Source: Armatimonadota bacterium (GTDB lineage Bacteria > Armatimonadota > UBA5829 > DTLH01). Taken from it: a DNA stretch of 64,000 nucleotides. How positions within the stretch are numbered: the stretch's first letter is position 1; every line of letters begins with the position of its first letter. The DNA is taken from the NCBI GenBank assembly GCA_039679675.1, contig JBDKUN010000033.1, positions 32,001 to 96,000 of the forward strand, in the 5' to 3' direction. Shown here piece after piece: positions 9,858-19,957 of this stretch. A program made the position numbers and the translations under genes. The notes under the pieces were generated by a model. The model made no database searches. It had not been told where the DNA came from and saw only the letters and a list, made by a program, of their open reading frames with translations.

Positions 9858-10889
9858 TTGAACGAAGAGATTACCTACCGCAATGCGGGTGTAGATATAG
9901 ATGCCGGTATAGAGACCGTGCAGAGGATGAAAGAGAGCGTCAGAGCGACATACACAGACTCTGTACTAACGGATGTCGGTTCGTTCGGCGGGATGTTCAA
10001 GCTCGGCGATGACATGATGGAGCCTGTGCTGGTCTCCAGCATCGACGGTGTTGGCACAAAGGTCAAAATTGCAGTTGCGATGGGCAAGCACAATACCATC
10101 GGCAAAGACCTCGTAAACCACAGCGTGAATGATATTCTCGTCCAGGGCGCAAAACCGCTTTTCTTCCTCGATTATTATGCGACAAGCCCTCTCGACCCTA
10201 TAGTAGCCTCTGATGTCGTCAGAGGCGCAGCTGAAGCCTGCAAAGAGATCGGTTGCGTGCTGATCGGCGGCGAGACGGCTGAGATGCCGGGTGTCTACAT
10301 TGAAGGTGAGTATGACCTTGCCGGATGCATAGTCGGAGCTGTAGATAGAGCGAAGATAATCGATGGTTCTAAGGTCATGGCCGGGGATATGATCGTCGGG
10401 CTTGCATCGAGCGGACTGCATACGAACGGCTATTCACTTGCCCGAAAGGTTTTGCTTGATCACGGCGGGCTAAAGCTCGATCAGTACATCCCAGAAATAG
10501 GGAAAATCCTGGGTGATGAACTCCTGGAGACTCACAGGTGCTATTTTAAAGCCGTCTGGGAGGTCATGAAGGAATATGATGTGCATGCGATGGCGCACAT
10601 AACGGGCGGCGGGTTCTATGACAATCTGCCGAGAGTAATTCCTGAAGACTGCCAGATTACGCTGGAGCGCCGCAGTTGGCCCGCACCGCCTATCTTTAAG
10701 CTAATACAAGATACTGGCGGAATCGCGGATTACGAGATGTACCGCACGTTCAATATGGGAATCGGTCTGGTCATGATCGTAGCGAAACACAGAGCCGTAG
10801 AAATCGTAGACCAGCTTGAGAAGCTCGGCGAGCGTGCATGGATAATCGGCGAAGTCCGAAAAGGCGGGAGAGAGGTAGCTGTCCTGTGA
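9858..10889 (+). CDS. purM: AIR synthetase (phosphoribosylformylglycinamidine cyclo-ligase)
   Basis: TYRNAGVDI, DGVGTK, GGETAEMP, SSGLHTNG, TFNMGIG; GAGGAGG RBS. Confidence 0.97.
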   Translation: MNEEITYRNAGVDIDAGIETVQRMKESVRATYTDSVLTDVGSFGGMFKLGDDMMEPVLVSSIDGVGTKVKIAVAMGKHNTIGKDLVNHSVNDILVQGAKPLFFLDYYATSPLDPIVASDVVRGAAEACKEIGCVLIGGETAEMPGVYIEGEYDLAGCIVGAVDRAKIIDGSKVMAGDMIVGLASSGLHTNGYSLARKVLLDHGGLKLDQYIPEIGKILGDELLETHRCYFKAVWEVMKEYDVHAMAHITGGGFYDNLPRVIPEDCQITLERRSWPAPPIFKLIQDTGGIADYEMYRTFNMGIGLVMIVAKHRAVEIVDQLEKLGERAWIIGEVRKGGREVAVL

Positions 10890-11524
10890 ATCAGGTAAGG
10901 ATAGCGGTGCTGGTGTCCGGTCATGGGCGCGGAACGAACATGCAGGCGATTATAGATGCCTGCAAAGACGGCAAAATAACCGGTGAGGTGGTTGTCGTCA
11001 TAGGTGTTCGCCCGGACGCTCCCGCAATGGAGCGCGCTGACGCATCATGCGTCGAAACAGCGGTCGTGAACCCTAAAGAATATAACTCGGCGGGGGATTA
11101 TGACCTTGCGCTTCTCGATGTGCTTCAGTCGCGACGCATCGATCTCATTTGTCTTGCTGGCTATATGAGAAAAGTCGGCCAGCCGGTAATAGATGCTTAC
11201 CGAGACCGGATTATGAATATCCACCCTGCGCTTATCCCGATGTTTTTCGGCAAAGGGATGTATGGAAGCCATGTTCATGAGGCAGCGATAGAGCGGGGAG
11301 TGAAATACTCCGGTTGTACTGTGCATTTTGTAGACGAAGATTACGATACGGGGCCGATAATTGCCCAGACTGTCGTGCCGGTTATGGAAGACGATACGCC
11401 TGAATCTCTTGCGGCGCGGATATTGATTGAGGAACACAAGACCTATGCTGCAGCCATACAGCTTTTTGCCGAAGGCAGGTTGAAAGTGGTTGGACGAAGG
11501 GTTTTGGTAGAGAAAAGAAACTAA
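10886..11524 (+). CDS. purN: Phosphoribosylglycinamide formyltransferase
   Basis: SGHGRGTN, LAGYM, NIHPAL, GCTVHFV, DTGPII; GTGA overlap with purM stop. Confidence 0.96.
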   Translation: MNQVRIAVLVSGHGRGTNMQAIIDACKDGKITGEVVVVIGVRPDAPAMERADASCVETAVVNPKEYNSAGDYDLALLDVLQSRRIDLICLAGYMRKVGQPVIDAYRDRIMNIHPALIPMFFGKGMYGSHVHEAAIERGVKYSGCTVHFVDEDYDTGPIIAQTVVPVMEDDTPESLAARILIEEHKTYAAAIQLFAEGRLKVVGRRVLVEKRN

Positions 11525-12162
11525 AGTATAAGTCTTTGAAGAACGGCTGCCCGTCTGGGCGGCTGTTCTATATCTTTATCGAGTGCCGTGCGGAGCACTT
11601 TAACGATTTTGGGATCGAACTGTGTGCCGGAGCAGCGCTCTATCTCGTCCAGCGCTTTTTCCTGTGACAGCGCGTCCCGCCATGGAACATCGGTCGTAAG
11701 TATATCGAAAGCCTCTGCAATAGCGATAATCCTTGCACCAAGCGGTATTTCCTCTCCTGCAAGCCCATCGGGATAGCCTTCTCCATTGTAATGCTCGTGG
11801 TGGTGCTTGATCATGGGAACTGCACCGCTGAGACCTTCGACTTTGCTCAAAATCCTGACTGCTACCATCGAATGCCGCCGCATTATATCGAATTCTTCAT
11901 CTGTAAGCCGGCCAAATTTGTTTAATATTTTGCTCGATACCGCAACTTTTCCGATGTCGTGAAGGCTCGCTGCATAATCAATATCTCTGGCATTCTCGGA
12001 GGATATATTACCAAGCGCGGATACGATTGCAGATGCGTAATGCCTGACCCGCTCGCTGTGACCTTCGGCGGTTGAGTCATGCTCGCCTGCTGCCGCGACG
12101 AGCGCGTTGATCGTCTGGCGATAGAATTTATCCATTCCGTTAAATTCGGTGCCGCTGTTCAT
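11521..12162 (-). CDS. Stand-alone HD-GYP domain protein (c-di-GMP phosphodiesterase family)
   Basis: GHSERV, HDIGK, HHEHYNGEGYPDGL, CSGTQFDP; start chosen at the ATG with AAAGGA RBS. Confidence 0.9.
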   Translation of the reverse strand: MNSGTEFNGMDKFYRQTINALVAAAGEHDSTAEGHSERVRHYASAIVSALGNISSENARDIDYAASLHDIGKVAVSSKILNKFGRLTDEEFDIMRRHSMVAVRILSKVEGLSGAVPMIKHHHEHYNGEGYPDGLAGEEIPLGARIIAIAEAFDILTTDVPWRDALSQEKALDEIERCSGTQFDPKIVKVLRTALDKDIEQPPRRAAVLQRLIL

Positions 12163-12827
12163 CTTTGACCGGTTTCCTTTGCTTTTAGTAAATAGGTTAC
12201 TCACATATTCGGCTGAAAACTGTCCTCTCGTTAGATATTGGATTGAGCGATTTACCAATAATTTTGCATTGAGTTTCAGGTGTCATCGGAGGCTCTTCTG
12301 GAAGAATATTTGCTAATAACATGTATGCGATTAATTGTTATATGGATGATAATATTAGTTCAAACTAAGCAATAAAACAGGTATAATTACTGGGGAAAGG
12401 TGACGTGCGTTCGGATTGACATTGACACTGAACGGCGTGCCGTGATACCATCGAAACGATGAGTTTAGGTGTATAAAGTGCATTCCAGCACAGGATATTA
12501 CGCAGGCTATCATAGACATCTCCGTTCTGCTATTCCAGAAGATTTCCATAGAAGTGAGTTCGTTTGGGAACCGGCAGCATATTGCTGAGCGTAATATTAA
12601 ATGGCGGGCAGACTGTTCAGTATTTATTCGCCAAATGAATAAAGTAGCCTAAAGACGCAGGACGTATAGTCAATAATTGATATGTATGGCTGGTGATTTT
12701 AGTGAGTTCGGCAGTACACTGCGAGATTTTCGGCAACAGACAATATATGACTGGCCGTTAATTAATCAGCCGAAAATCTATAGGTAGGGGGAATGAAGCT
12801 GTATGGTAAACAGAGGTAGGGGGAAAG

Positions 12828-13757
12828 ATGTATAGAAAAATTGCGGTTGTTCTAGCGCTTTTTGTGCTGGCGTCGGTTAGCCTGTCTGCGATGGCCGATT
12901 CGGTTAGCCTGTCTACGCCAGCCAGTGATTATATCCTTGCTCCTGATGATGTTATAGAGATGAATGTATGGAGAGAGACGGAGCTTTCCAAGAGGCAGTT
13001 TCGCATCAATGCAGAAGGCAATATTACCGTTCCATACCTCAATTACGTCATCAAAGCCGCTGGCCTTACTCAACAGCAGTTAGCCCAATTGCTGACAGAT
13101 GAATACGAAAAGGCTGAAATCCTCGTTAATCCCAAGATCGATGTCAATGTAATTATAAGACATACAATGGCGGTCATGGTGCTGGGTCAGGTGAACCGGC
13201 CTGGAAAAGTCGAGTTCAAGGAAGGTGATACGATTACCTCCGCTATCGCTCAGGCGGGAAGCTATACTGATGCAGCCCGTCTGGAATCTGCTGTTTTGAC
13301 CCGGCGAGGATCTGATAAAACGATCCCTATTGACCTAAGGAAACTCTACCACGATGGGGATCTCAGCCAGAACTATCAACTTCAAGAGGATGATGTCATA
13401 TACGTCCCGGAAGACACATTTAACCGGTTTTACGTCCTTGGGGAAGTTACAAGACCTGGCCTTTATATGCTGAAAGATAATGCAAGCGTGCTATCTGCAG
13501 TCAGCCAGGCAGGCGGGCCAACGGAACGTGGCTCGATGAAGGGCGTGATGCTGGTGCGCGGAGATATCAACAATCCTGAAAAGCGCTCTGTTGATCTGAA
13601 TAAAATGATCAAGGGAGACTTGTCTCAGGATGTAAAGCTCGAGGCAGGAGACGTAGTCTATGTGCCCGAGACCAACAAACCAGACTGGGGCAAGATCTCT
13701 CAGATACTCAATGCTCTTGCTTCAATCGGATCAATCAAACGATACGGGATCTTTTAG
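12828..13757 (+). CDS. Polysaccharide export protein (Wza/Poly_export + SLBB domains)
   Basis: Signal peptide; YILAPDDVI, GQVNRPG and GEVTRPG SLBB repeats, GDVVYVP. Confidence 0.88.
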   Translation: MYRKIAVVLALFVLASVSLSAMADSVSLSTPASDYILAPDDVIEMNVWRETELSKRQFRINAEGNITVPYLNYVIKAAGLTQQQLAQLLTDEYEKAEILVNPKIDVNVIIRHTMAVMVLGQVNRPGKVEFKEGDTITSAIAQAGSYTDAARLESAVLTRRGSDKTIPIDLRKLYHDGDLSQNYQLQEDDVIYVPEDTFNRFYVLGEVTRPGLYMLKDNASVLSAVSQAGGPTERGSMKGVMLVRGDINNPEKRSVDLNKMIKGDLSQDVKLEAGDVVYVPETNKPDWGKISQILNALASIGSIKRYGIF

Positions 13758-13775
13758 TCCGTCCAGGAGGAATAA

Positions 13776-15923
13776 GTGGAACTTTGGCGCTATTATAGGA
13801 TACTGCGTCGGCGGAGATGGCTTATACTTGGATGCTGGGCAATTTGCTTCGGCCTTGTCTCCTTCCAATGTTTGAAGAGAACGCCGCCAATGTATAAGGG
13901 CGAGACTAAGGTTATGGAACGACAACCTACTGAGGCGGGTGTTCCCGTCTATGGAGGGCCTTACGTCGTCCAATCGGATATCCAGATGCATCTGGCTGAC
14001 CTTGCCTATATCGCAAGCAGCAACACTGTTCTTACTGGTGCAAGAGACACGCTCAAGCAACTTGGTGTCCTTAACTCGGATGATCTGATGAAGACATTGG
14101 ATATCAAGCCGGTTACCGATACGCAGATTCTTGCGATCAGCGTGGTCTCGAATAATGCCGACGATGCAAAAACTGCGGCTGATGTCATTGCCATGGAGTT
14201 CAAAAGGTTCTATAACGAACTTGTAAGCGATGCCGCTGAACAGAGCCGTGAGTTCATTGAAAAGCAGTTGAAAGATGCTAAAGTCAAGTTGACCGAGAGC
14301 AGGGAAGCCCGCGCTGCCTACAAGGAGAAGAACTCGTTGGTAGAGCTTGGTGAACAGACCTCCGTGCTTGTCCAGCGTGCCGCAGCCATCGAGACTGATG
14401 TGGTTAATGCATCGGTGGATGCAGATAATGCTCGTGGAAGGCTTAAGTCGATTGAAGCTCAGATCAATGGCAAGCCGGAGATGCGGCTTTCTGCAAAATC
14501 TGTGGCTAATAACCCGGTGTATCAGAGTCTTCTCGGCCAGTTGGTTGCCGCCGAGTCGGATCTTGGGACAATGCTTGGCAAAGAAGGCGGCTCTGGAAAA
14601 GGTAAGAACCACCCGGAAGTACAGGAATTAACGAAGCGTATAGAGGAACTGAAAAAACAGATAAAATCCCAGTCTCCGATGATAGTAAGCCAGGAAACTA
14701 CAGCGCTCGATCAGGTAATTACAAGTGCTATAAGCAATAAAATGAGCATAGAAGCTGAACTGGCCGGTGCTGAAGCCCGCCGTGGTGCTCTTGCGACTGC
14801 GCTTCAAGAAGAGAAAGCTAAGTTGAACGTACTGCCGGAGCAGGAGATGCGGATGGCACAGCTCGATATGGATGTGACAGCCGCTGAAGATACCTACAAA
14901 TTGCTTCAGTCAAAATTGGAAGAAGCGCGAATAAAAGCGAGTGAGACCAGTAAATCAAGCACTATCCAGGTTATCACTCCTGCTTATGTGTATCCGGTTG
15001 ATCCCAAGACATCGATAAAGCTGGCGCTTGCGTTCTTCCTGAGTCCTCTGCTTGGTATAGGTGTAGCATTTCTGCTGAATTACATGGACAACTCGGTCAA
15101 AACACCTGCCGAGGCAGAAGAACTGCTTGGGCTTCCTATCAGCTCGGTTATACCGCTTCGGCGTTCACATGCACTTGCCCGCCGTCCTGATAATGAACCG
15201 CTTATAGCGAGCTATGCAATGCTTACGACTCAGCTTTGGCGGGTTTTCGATAAGTCCAGCCAGCCGGTAATCCTTGTTGCGAGCGCAGAGCCGGATTCAG
15301 GCAGGACCACAACGGCTGCCAACCTGGCTGTTACGCTGGCAAAAGATGGTGCGCGCGTCATACTTGTCGATGCTGATATGCGTAAACCGGACCAGCATTC
15401 TATGTTCGGTGTGTCAGGAAAACCAGGGTTGAGCAATGTGCTTACTGGGGTGGTTGAAATAGAAGACGCCCTTGTTCCAACAAAGGTTGATGGACTTTTG
15501 CTTATGCCTGCCGGTCCTGCACCGGATAATCCCATAAGACTTCTTAGAACGCAGCAGATGACTGATTTCATCAAGGAAATTGGAACTCTTGCGGATTATG
15601 TAGTATTTGATAGCCCTGCTGGGGTCACATTTGCGGACGCAACGATGCTGGCATCACGGATCAAGAATGTTGTTCTTGTATACTCTGCCGGTAGAGTCCC
15701 GCGCGGCGCGGAAGTTGAGTTTAGAAACAGGCTGAACTCGGCGGGAGCACGTATTCTCGGTGTAGTGCTGAACAGGGTCAAACCTGAAGACAGCCACGGT
15801 TACTTCTACTACAAACGGTTCTATCAGGATATCACAGCTCAAAGCATTGCTTCTGTTCCAATGAGCGTGAAATCAATACCGCAGGCAGGACCAAACGACA
15901 CTAATGATGATAATAATGTGTAG
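13776..15923 (+). CDS. Polysaccharide co-polymerase / tyrosine autokinase (Wzc/GumC)
   Basis: Two TM helices flanking a coiled-coil; ILVDADMRKP, VVFDSPA, C-terminal Tyr cluster GYFYYKRFY; Walker A variant SGRTT. Confidence 0.9.
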   Translation: MELWRYYRILRRRRWLILGCWAICFGLVSFQCLKRTPPMYKGETKVMERQPTEAGVPVYGGPYVVQSDIQMHLADLAYIASSNTVLTGARDTLKQLGVLNSDDLMKTLDIKPVTDTQILAISVVSNNADDAKTAADVIAMEFKRFYNELVSDAAEQSREFIEKQLKDAKVKLTESREARAAYKEKNSLVELGEQTSVLVQRAAAIETDVVNASVDADNARGRLKSIEAQINGKPEMRLSAKSVANNPVYQSLLGQLVAAESDLGTMLGKEGGSGKGKNHPEVQELTKRIEELKKQIKSQSPMIVSQETTALDQVITSAISNKMSIEAELAGAEARRGALATALQEEKAKLNVLPEQEMRMAQLDMDVTAAEDTYKLLQSKLEEARIKASETSKSSTIQVITPAYVYPVDPKTSIKLALAFFLSPLLGIGVAFLLNYMDNSVKTPAEAEELLGLPISSVIPLRRSHALARRPDNEPLIASYAMLTTQLWRVFDKSSQPVILVASAEPDSGRTTTAANLAVTLAKDGARVILVDADMRKPDQHSMFGVSGKPGLSNVLTGVVEIEDALVPTKVDGLLLMPAGPAPDNPIRLLRTQQMTDFIKEIGTLADYVVFDSPAGVTFADATMLASRIKNVVLVYSAGRVPRGAEVEFRNRLNSAGARILGVVLNRVKPEDSHGYFYYKRFYQDITAQSIASVPMSVKSIPQAGPNDTNDDNNV

Positions 15924-16027
15924 CGATAGTTTCGTTGCACGCGAATAAACAATATTTACCAGCTAATTCGGCTTGAAGTGCCGTATAGAGATGCAGTTGA
16001 GCATGTTCGGATAGATTAACCGGGCAT

Positions 16028-16954
16028 GTGTATGGAGGATTCTTGGCTACACCAACTGTTGATGCTGTAAAAGAAAAACAGAAGACCTGCTGGCCATCTG
16101 TTGAGGATATTATAAAGCACAAGCTGTGGTTTGTGATCGCATTTGTGTGGGCAGCTCTCATTGCTATCACATATTTATTCCCGTTCAAGTGGTGGTGGGG
16201 TGAGTGGTGGAGAGACGAGAGTTATTACTCACATGGCATCCTGATTCCCATAATGTCGGGCTTCATTATCTGGTTCAACTGGAACAGGATAAAAAAGATA
16301 CATATCGAGCCTTCGATCTGGGGTTTTGTTATAATACTGCCGATGCTGTTTCTGAACTATAAAGCTCAGGTAAGCAGTTTAGCAAGTATCGGTGGGATAA
16401 CATTTCCAATAATGCTGGTGGGAATGGCGCTTTTGCTTTTCGGTAAGGCTGTCGTGAGGGAATTGCTCTTTCCCGCAGGGTTTCTATATTTTATGGTGGT
16501 TCCGCCGACATCTATTCTGGAACCGCTCAGCTTTAAGATACAGATTGCATCCACAAATATTGCGGTGATGGGGTTGCATCTGCTGGGGCTTGATGCCGTT
16601 CAGACAGGGACACAGATTCAACTGCCCAATGGTCTTCCGATGGTTGTAGGTGCACCTTGCAGTGGTTTTCGAATGTTGATTGCACTCTTGGCATTTACTG
16701 TTTTCTTCGTTTTTATGAAGAAAGGCCCCAAGTGGGGAAAACTCAGCATGGTTGCTATTGTATTGCCGCTTAGTTTGTTAGCTAACTCAGTGAGAGTGCT
16801 TATGATTGCGCTTGTTGGTGAATATTACGGCGAGGATGCTATGCATGCATTCCACGATTATTCCGGTTATATAGTTCTTGTTATAACTTTTGCAGTGCTA
16901 GTTCTTTTTGCTAAGGTGGTAAAATGCAGAGATTTCAAATCTATGCCTGCGTAA
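16028..16954 (+). CDS. Exosortase (EpsH/Xrt family)
   Basis: YYSHGILIP; catalytic triad Cys (PCSG), Arg (ANSVR), His (FHDY); about 8 TM segments. Confidence 0.92.
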   Translation: MYGGFLATPTVDAVKEKQKTCWPSVEDIIKHKLWFVIAFVWAALIAITYLFPFKWWWGEWWRDESYYSHGILIPIMSGFIIWFNWNRIKKIHIEPSIWGFVIILPMLFLNYKAQVSSLASIGGITFPIMLVGMALLLFGKAVVRELLFPAGFLYFMVVPPTSILEPLSFKIQIASTNIAVMGLHLLGLDAVQTGTQIQLPNGLPMVVGAPCSGFRMLIALLAFTVFFVFMKKGPKWGKLSMVAIVLPLSLLANSVRVLMIALVGEYYGEDAMHAFHDYSGYIVLVITFAVLVLFAKVVKCRDFKSMPA

Positions 16955-17610
16955 TAACTGTTTTACTGGTCTGTAGTGCAGCTATGGATAGCACTGTGTC
17001 ACGTGCGGGAATGATGCGGATAAAAGGGAATTATGATGGTATTCCTCTGGAAATTTCTCAATGGAAGGGCGAGAACGAAAACCCGGATTTGACTAGCTTG
17101 AAGATGCTGGCTACTGCAAGTATCCTTGCGCGTAGATATAAAAATGACATGGGAGATGTAGCAGATCTTTCAATAGTTCACGCACAGAACCTTGGAGACC
17201 TCCATCAGCCGGAGAAGTGTATGGAAGGAACGGGGTTCAAGCGGTCAAAAAAGACATCGGTGTGGATAACGCCCAACAACGGCAAAAAGCATGAAGCTAC
17301 GATGGTTGTCTTTGCTGACAATAATGGCAACGAAGTAGTTATGATTTACTGGTTCTATATAGACAGCAAAATAGCGTCGAACATGGACAACAAAGGGACG
17401 GCATTCTGGCATTTCCTATGGAGCGGTGCCAAACCTTGCGCAATGATAAAATATACAACCAGTTCCGTAACCGGAGAAGATGATGCGAAGAAAGTATTGC
17501 TATCTCTCGCAGGTTATATAGATTCGTCTGTTCTTGATGTGGTAAAGGTCACTCCTGCGCTTGAGCCAAACAATCTGGCTGTGGATCGGCAGGAAAAATC
17601 CCAAAAATAG
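16924..17610 (+). CDS. Exosortase-associated EpsI family protein
   Basis: IPLEISQWKG, RRY, LHQPEKCM, YWF; overlaps the exosortase. Confidence 0.8.
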   Translation: MQRFQIYACVITVLLVCSAAMDSTVSRAGMMRIKGNYDGIPLEISQWKGENENPDLTSLKMLATASILARRYKNDMGDVADLSIVHAQNLGDLHQPEKCMEGTGFKRSKKTSVWITPNNGKKHEATMVVFADNNGNEVVMIYWFYIDSKIASNMDNKGTAFWHFLWSGAKPCAMIKYTTSSVTGEDDAKKVLLSLAGYIDSSVLDVVKVTPALEPNNLAVDRQEKSQK

Positions 17611-17739
17611 ACCCGTGCTTATATTGACCTATATTGGTATGTAAGGAGTATTTAGTATTAATTGTCTTCTGATGATGCCCCGTAGTATTTTGCCTGCAAA
17701 GTAAAGCCAGGAAGACATATTGGCGATACTAATATCGAA

Positions 17740-18894
17740 ATGAAAATTGCCATGCTTGGAACAAAAGGCATCCCCGCCACATGGGGGGGCGTAGAGCGGC
17801 ATGTCGAAGAAATCGCGACCCGGTTTGTTAAAATGGGGCACGATGTCACGGTATACTGCCGCCCGTATTATACGACTACGAATGATGAGTTCTATAAAGG
17901 TGTGCGCCTCAAAGTGCTGCCTACAATCCAAAGCAAGAACTACGACGCAATCACTCATACTTTTATAGCCACGATGCATCTCCTGATGAAGGATTATGAT
18001 ATAGTCCACTATCATGCTCTCGGTCCGGCGACGATGTCGTTGCTGCCGAGACTCGTAGGCAAAAAAACCGTCGCCACAGTCCATGGGCTGGATTGGCAGC
18101 GTGAGAAGTGGGGTCATCTTGCCAAATATTATCTAAAATTTGGGGAACGCGCTGCGGCGGTATTTCCACATGCTACCGTTGCTGTCTCAAAATACCTGAA
18201 GGAATACTTGGAAGCGGGGTATAAGCGCAATGTTTATTATATTCCAAGCGGAGTAATCGAGCCGGAGTTCCTGTCTCCTTCAATTATTCGTTCGTACGGC
18301 CTCGAAGGGGGAGATTACATACTCTTCGTAGCACGTCTAGTCCCTGAAAAGGGCTGCCATTATCTTATCGATGCATATAAACGGCTCAACACTGACAAAA
18401 AACTGGTGATTGCTGGCGGTTCCAGCCATTCGGATGCATATGTCAAAGAATTGCAGGCTTCCGCAAGCGATAAGGTGATTTTTACGGGTTACGTGCATGG
18501 CGCTGAACTGCAGGAGCTGTTTTCCAACGCTTATTGCTATGTTCAACCCTCTACGATAGAAGGGCTTGCCATAACTTTACTGGAGGCGATATCTTACGGC
18601 AGATGTGTTATCACAAGTGATATTCCGCCGAATCTTGAGGCTGCCGAGAATATCGGACTTATTTTTGAAAACAAGAATGTCGATGATCTGGAGCGCGTAC
18701 TCAGGATGGCTGTAGAGGATCCTGATATGGTTGCGGAGTATGGCCAGCGTGCCCGCACGGCCGGAGTCGCTGAATACGGATTCGACAGTGTAGCCGCTAA
18801 GATCGAAAAAGTATACACCGCGATTGCAGACGGTAAAAAAGGCCAAATCGTGGATCTCGATACGCACTCTCACGAGCCGACAATACCGGTATAA
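17740..18894 (+). CDS. Glycosyltransferase family 4
   Basis: GTKGIPATWGGVE, VARLVPEKG, EGLAITLLEA (Ex7E). Confidence 0.93.
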   Translation: MKIAMLGTKGIPATWGGVERHVEEIATRFVKMGHDVTVYCRPYYTTTNDEFYKGVRLKVLPTIQSKNYDAITHTFIATMHLLMKDYDIVHYHALGPATMSLLPRLVGKKTVATVHGLDWQREKWGHLAKYYLKFGERAAAVFPHATVAVSKYLKEYLEAGYKRNVYYIPSGVIEPEFLSPSIIRSYGLEGGDYILFVARLVPEKGCHYLIDAYKRLNTDKKLVIAGGSSHSDAYVKELQASASDKVIFTGYVHGAELQELFSNAYCYVQPSTIEGLAITLLEAISYGRCVITSDIPPNLEAAENIGLIFENKNVDDLERVLRMAVEDPDMVAEYGQRARTAGVAEYGFDSVAAKIEKVYTAIADGKKGQIVDLDTHSHEPTIPV

Positions 18895-18934
18895 CCAGCC
18901 GGTAATCTATAAGAATCAGGAAGGTAGTAGATAT

Positions 18935-19876
18935 TTGGAAGGGATTCTAGTAGCCACATACCGCTGCAACGCGCGGTGCCATATGTGCAATACATGGCAG
19001 TTCCCCAGTTCTCCTGAAGAGGAACTTGATATTAAATATTATGAGCGGCTTCCAAATATGAAGTTTCTCAATATAACAGGAGGAGAACCGTTCATAAGAC
19101 AGGACCTGGCGGAAATAGTCCGCATAGTCAAGCCGAAAGCCGATAGAATATGCATAAGCACGAACGGTTATTTTACGGATAGAGTGGTTGCTCTGGCTGA
19201 AAAATATCCTGATCTGGGTTTCAGAGTCAGCCTTGAAGGGCTTCCTGCGGCAAACGACGAGCTCCGGGGCATTAAAGATGGGTTTGACCACGGGCTCAGG
19301 ACCATCTTGCAGCTCAGGCGAATGGGTGTGAAAGACATCGGGTTCGGCATTACTGTCTCTGATAGGAACGCAAAGGACCTGCTGGAGCTTTACGAGCTTG
19401 CAAACGGGCTGAATGTCGAGTTTGCCACTGCCGTCGTTCATAACGGATACTATTTTCACAAAGAGGATAACGTTATCCAGAAAAAGGAAGAGGTATCCGA
19501 GTGCTTCAGACAGCTTATCCGCGAGTTTTTTAAGACGAAGCGGCCTAAGAACTGGTTCCGAGCCTACTTTAATCACGGGCTTATCAACAAAGTCAACGGC
19601 GGTAAGAGGTTTCTGCCGTGTGAGATGGGTGCCAATGTCTTCCTGGTCGATCCATTCGGTGAGATTTATCCCTGTAATGTACTTCCGGAGAGTATGGGCA
19701 ATATCAAAGACGGGCCATGGGACAAAGTCTGGAACAGCGCAAGGGCGCAGGAGGTTCGTTGCAAGACTCACAACTGCGATAAAGAGTGCTGGATGATCGG
19801 AAGCGCCAGTCCTGCGATAAAAAAGTGTAAATGGTCCGTGCTCAGGTGGATATTGAAGAACAAGTGGAGCTATTAG
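18935..19876 (+). CDS. Radical SAM protein with SPASM/twitch domain
   Basis: CNARCHMC, TGGEP, C-terminal PC...G.IYPC and C..C...C; TTG start assumed. Confidence 0.9.
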   Translation: MEGILVATYRCNARCHMCNTWQFPSSPEEELDIKYYERLPNMKFLNITGGEPFIRQDLAEIVRIVKPKADRICISTNGYFTDRVVALAEKYPDLGFRVSLEGLPAANDELRGIKDGFDHGLRTILQLRRMGVKDIGFGITVSDRNAKDLLELYELANGLNVEFATAVVHNGYYFHKEDNVIQKKEEVSECFRQLIREFFKTKRPKNWFRAYFNHGLINKVNGGKRFLPCEMGANVFLVDPFGEIYPCNVLPESMGNIKDGPWDKVWNSARAQEVRCKTHNCDKECWMIGSASPAIKKCKWSVLRWILKNKWSY

Positions 19877-19912
19877 CGAAAGATTGTTTTTGGTATTATA
19901 TAGTGAGCAATC

Positions 19913-19942
19913 GGAGCGGCCTCTGACAGGCTGCTCCTTTTT
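19913..19942 (+). terminator. Probable intrinsic terminator after the EPS operon
   Basis: GGAGCGGCCT-ctgac-AGGCTGCTCC-TTTTT. Confidence 0.6.
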
Positions 19943-19957
19943 ATGTGGGGGTTATAG

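Noticed and set aside
1..11524. Missing purC, purK and purH as a pathway anomaly
   Set aside because: The window starts inside purD, so these genes may lie upstream or elsewhere.
12260..12827. Sigma-54 promoter or ops/JUMPstart element upstream of the EPS/exosortase operon
   Set aside because: I found no TGGCAC-N5-TTGC or GGCGGTAG match by eye.
13731..14612. 293-aa antisense ORF
   Set aside because: Shadow of the wzc coiled-coil region.
18947..19771. 274-aa antisense ORF
   Set aside because: Shadow of the radical SAM gene.
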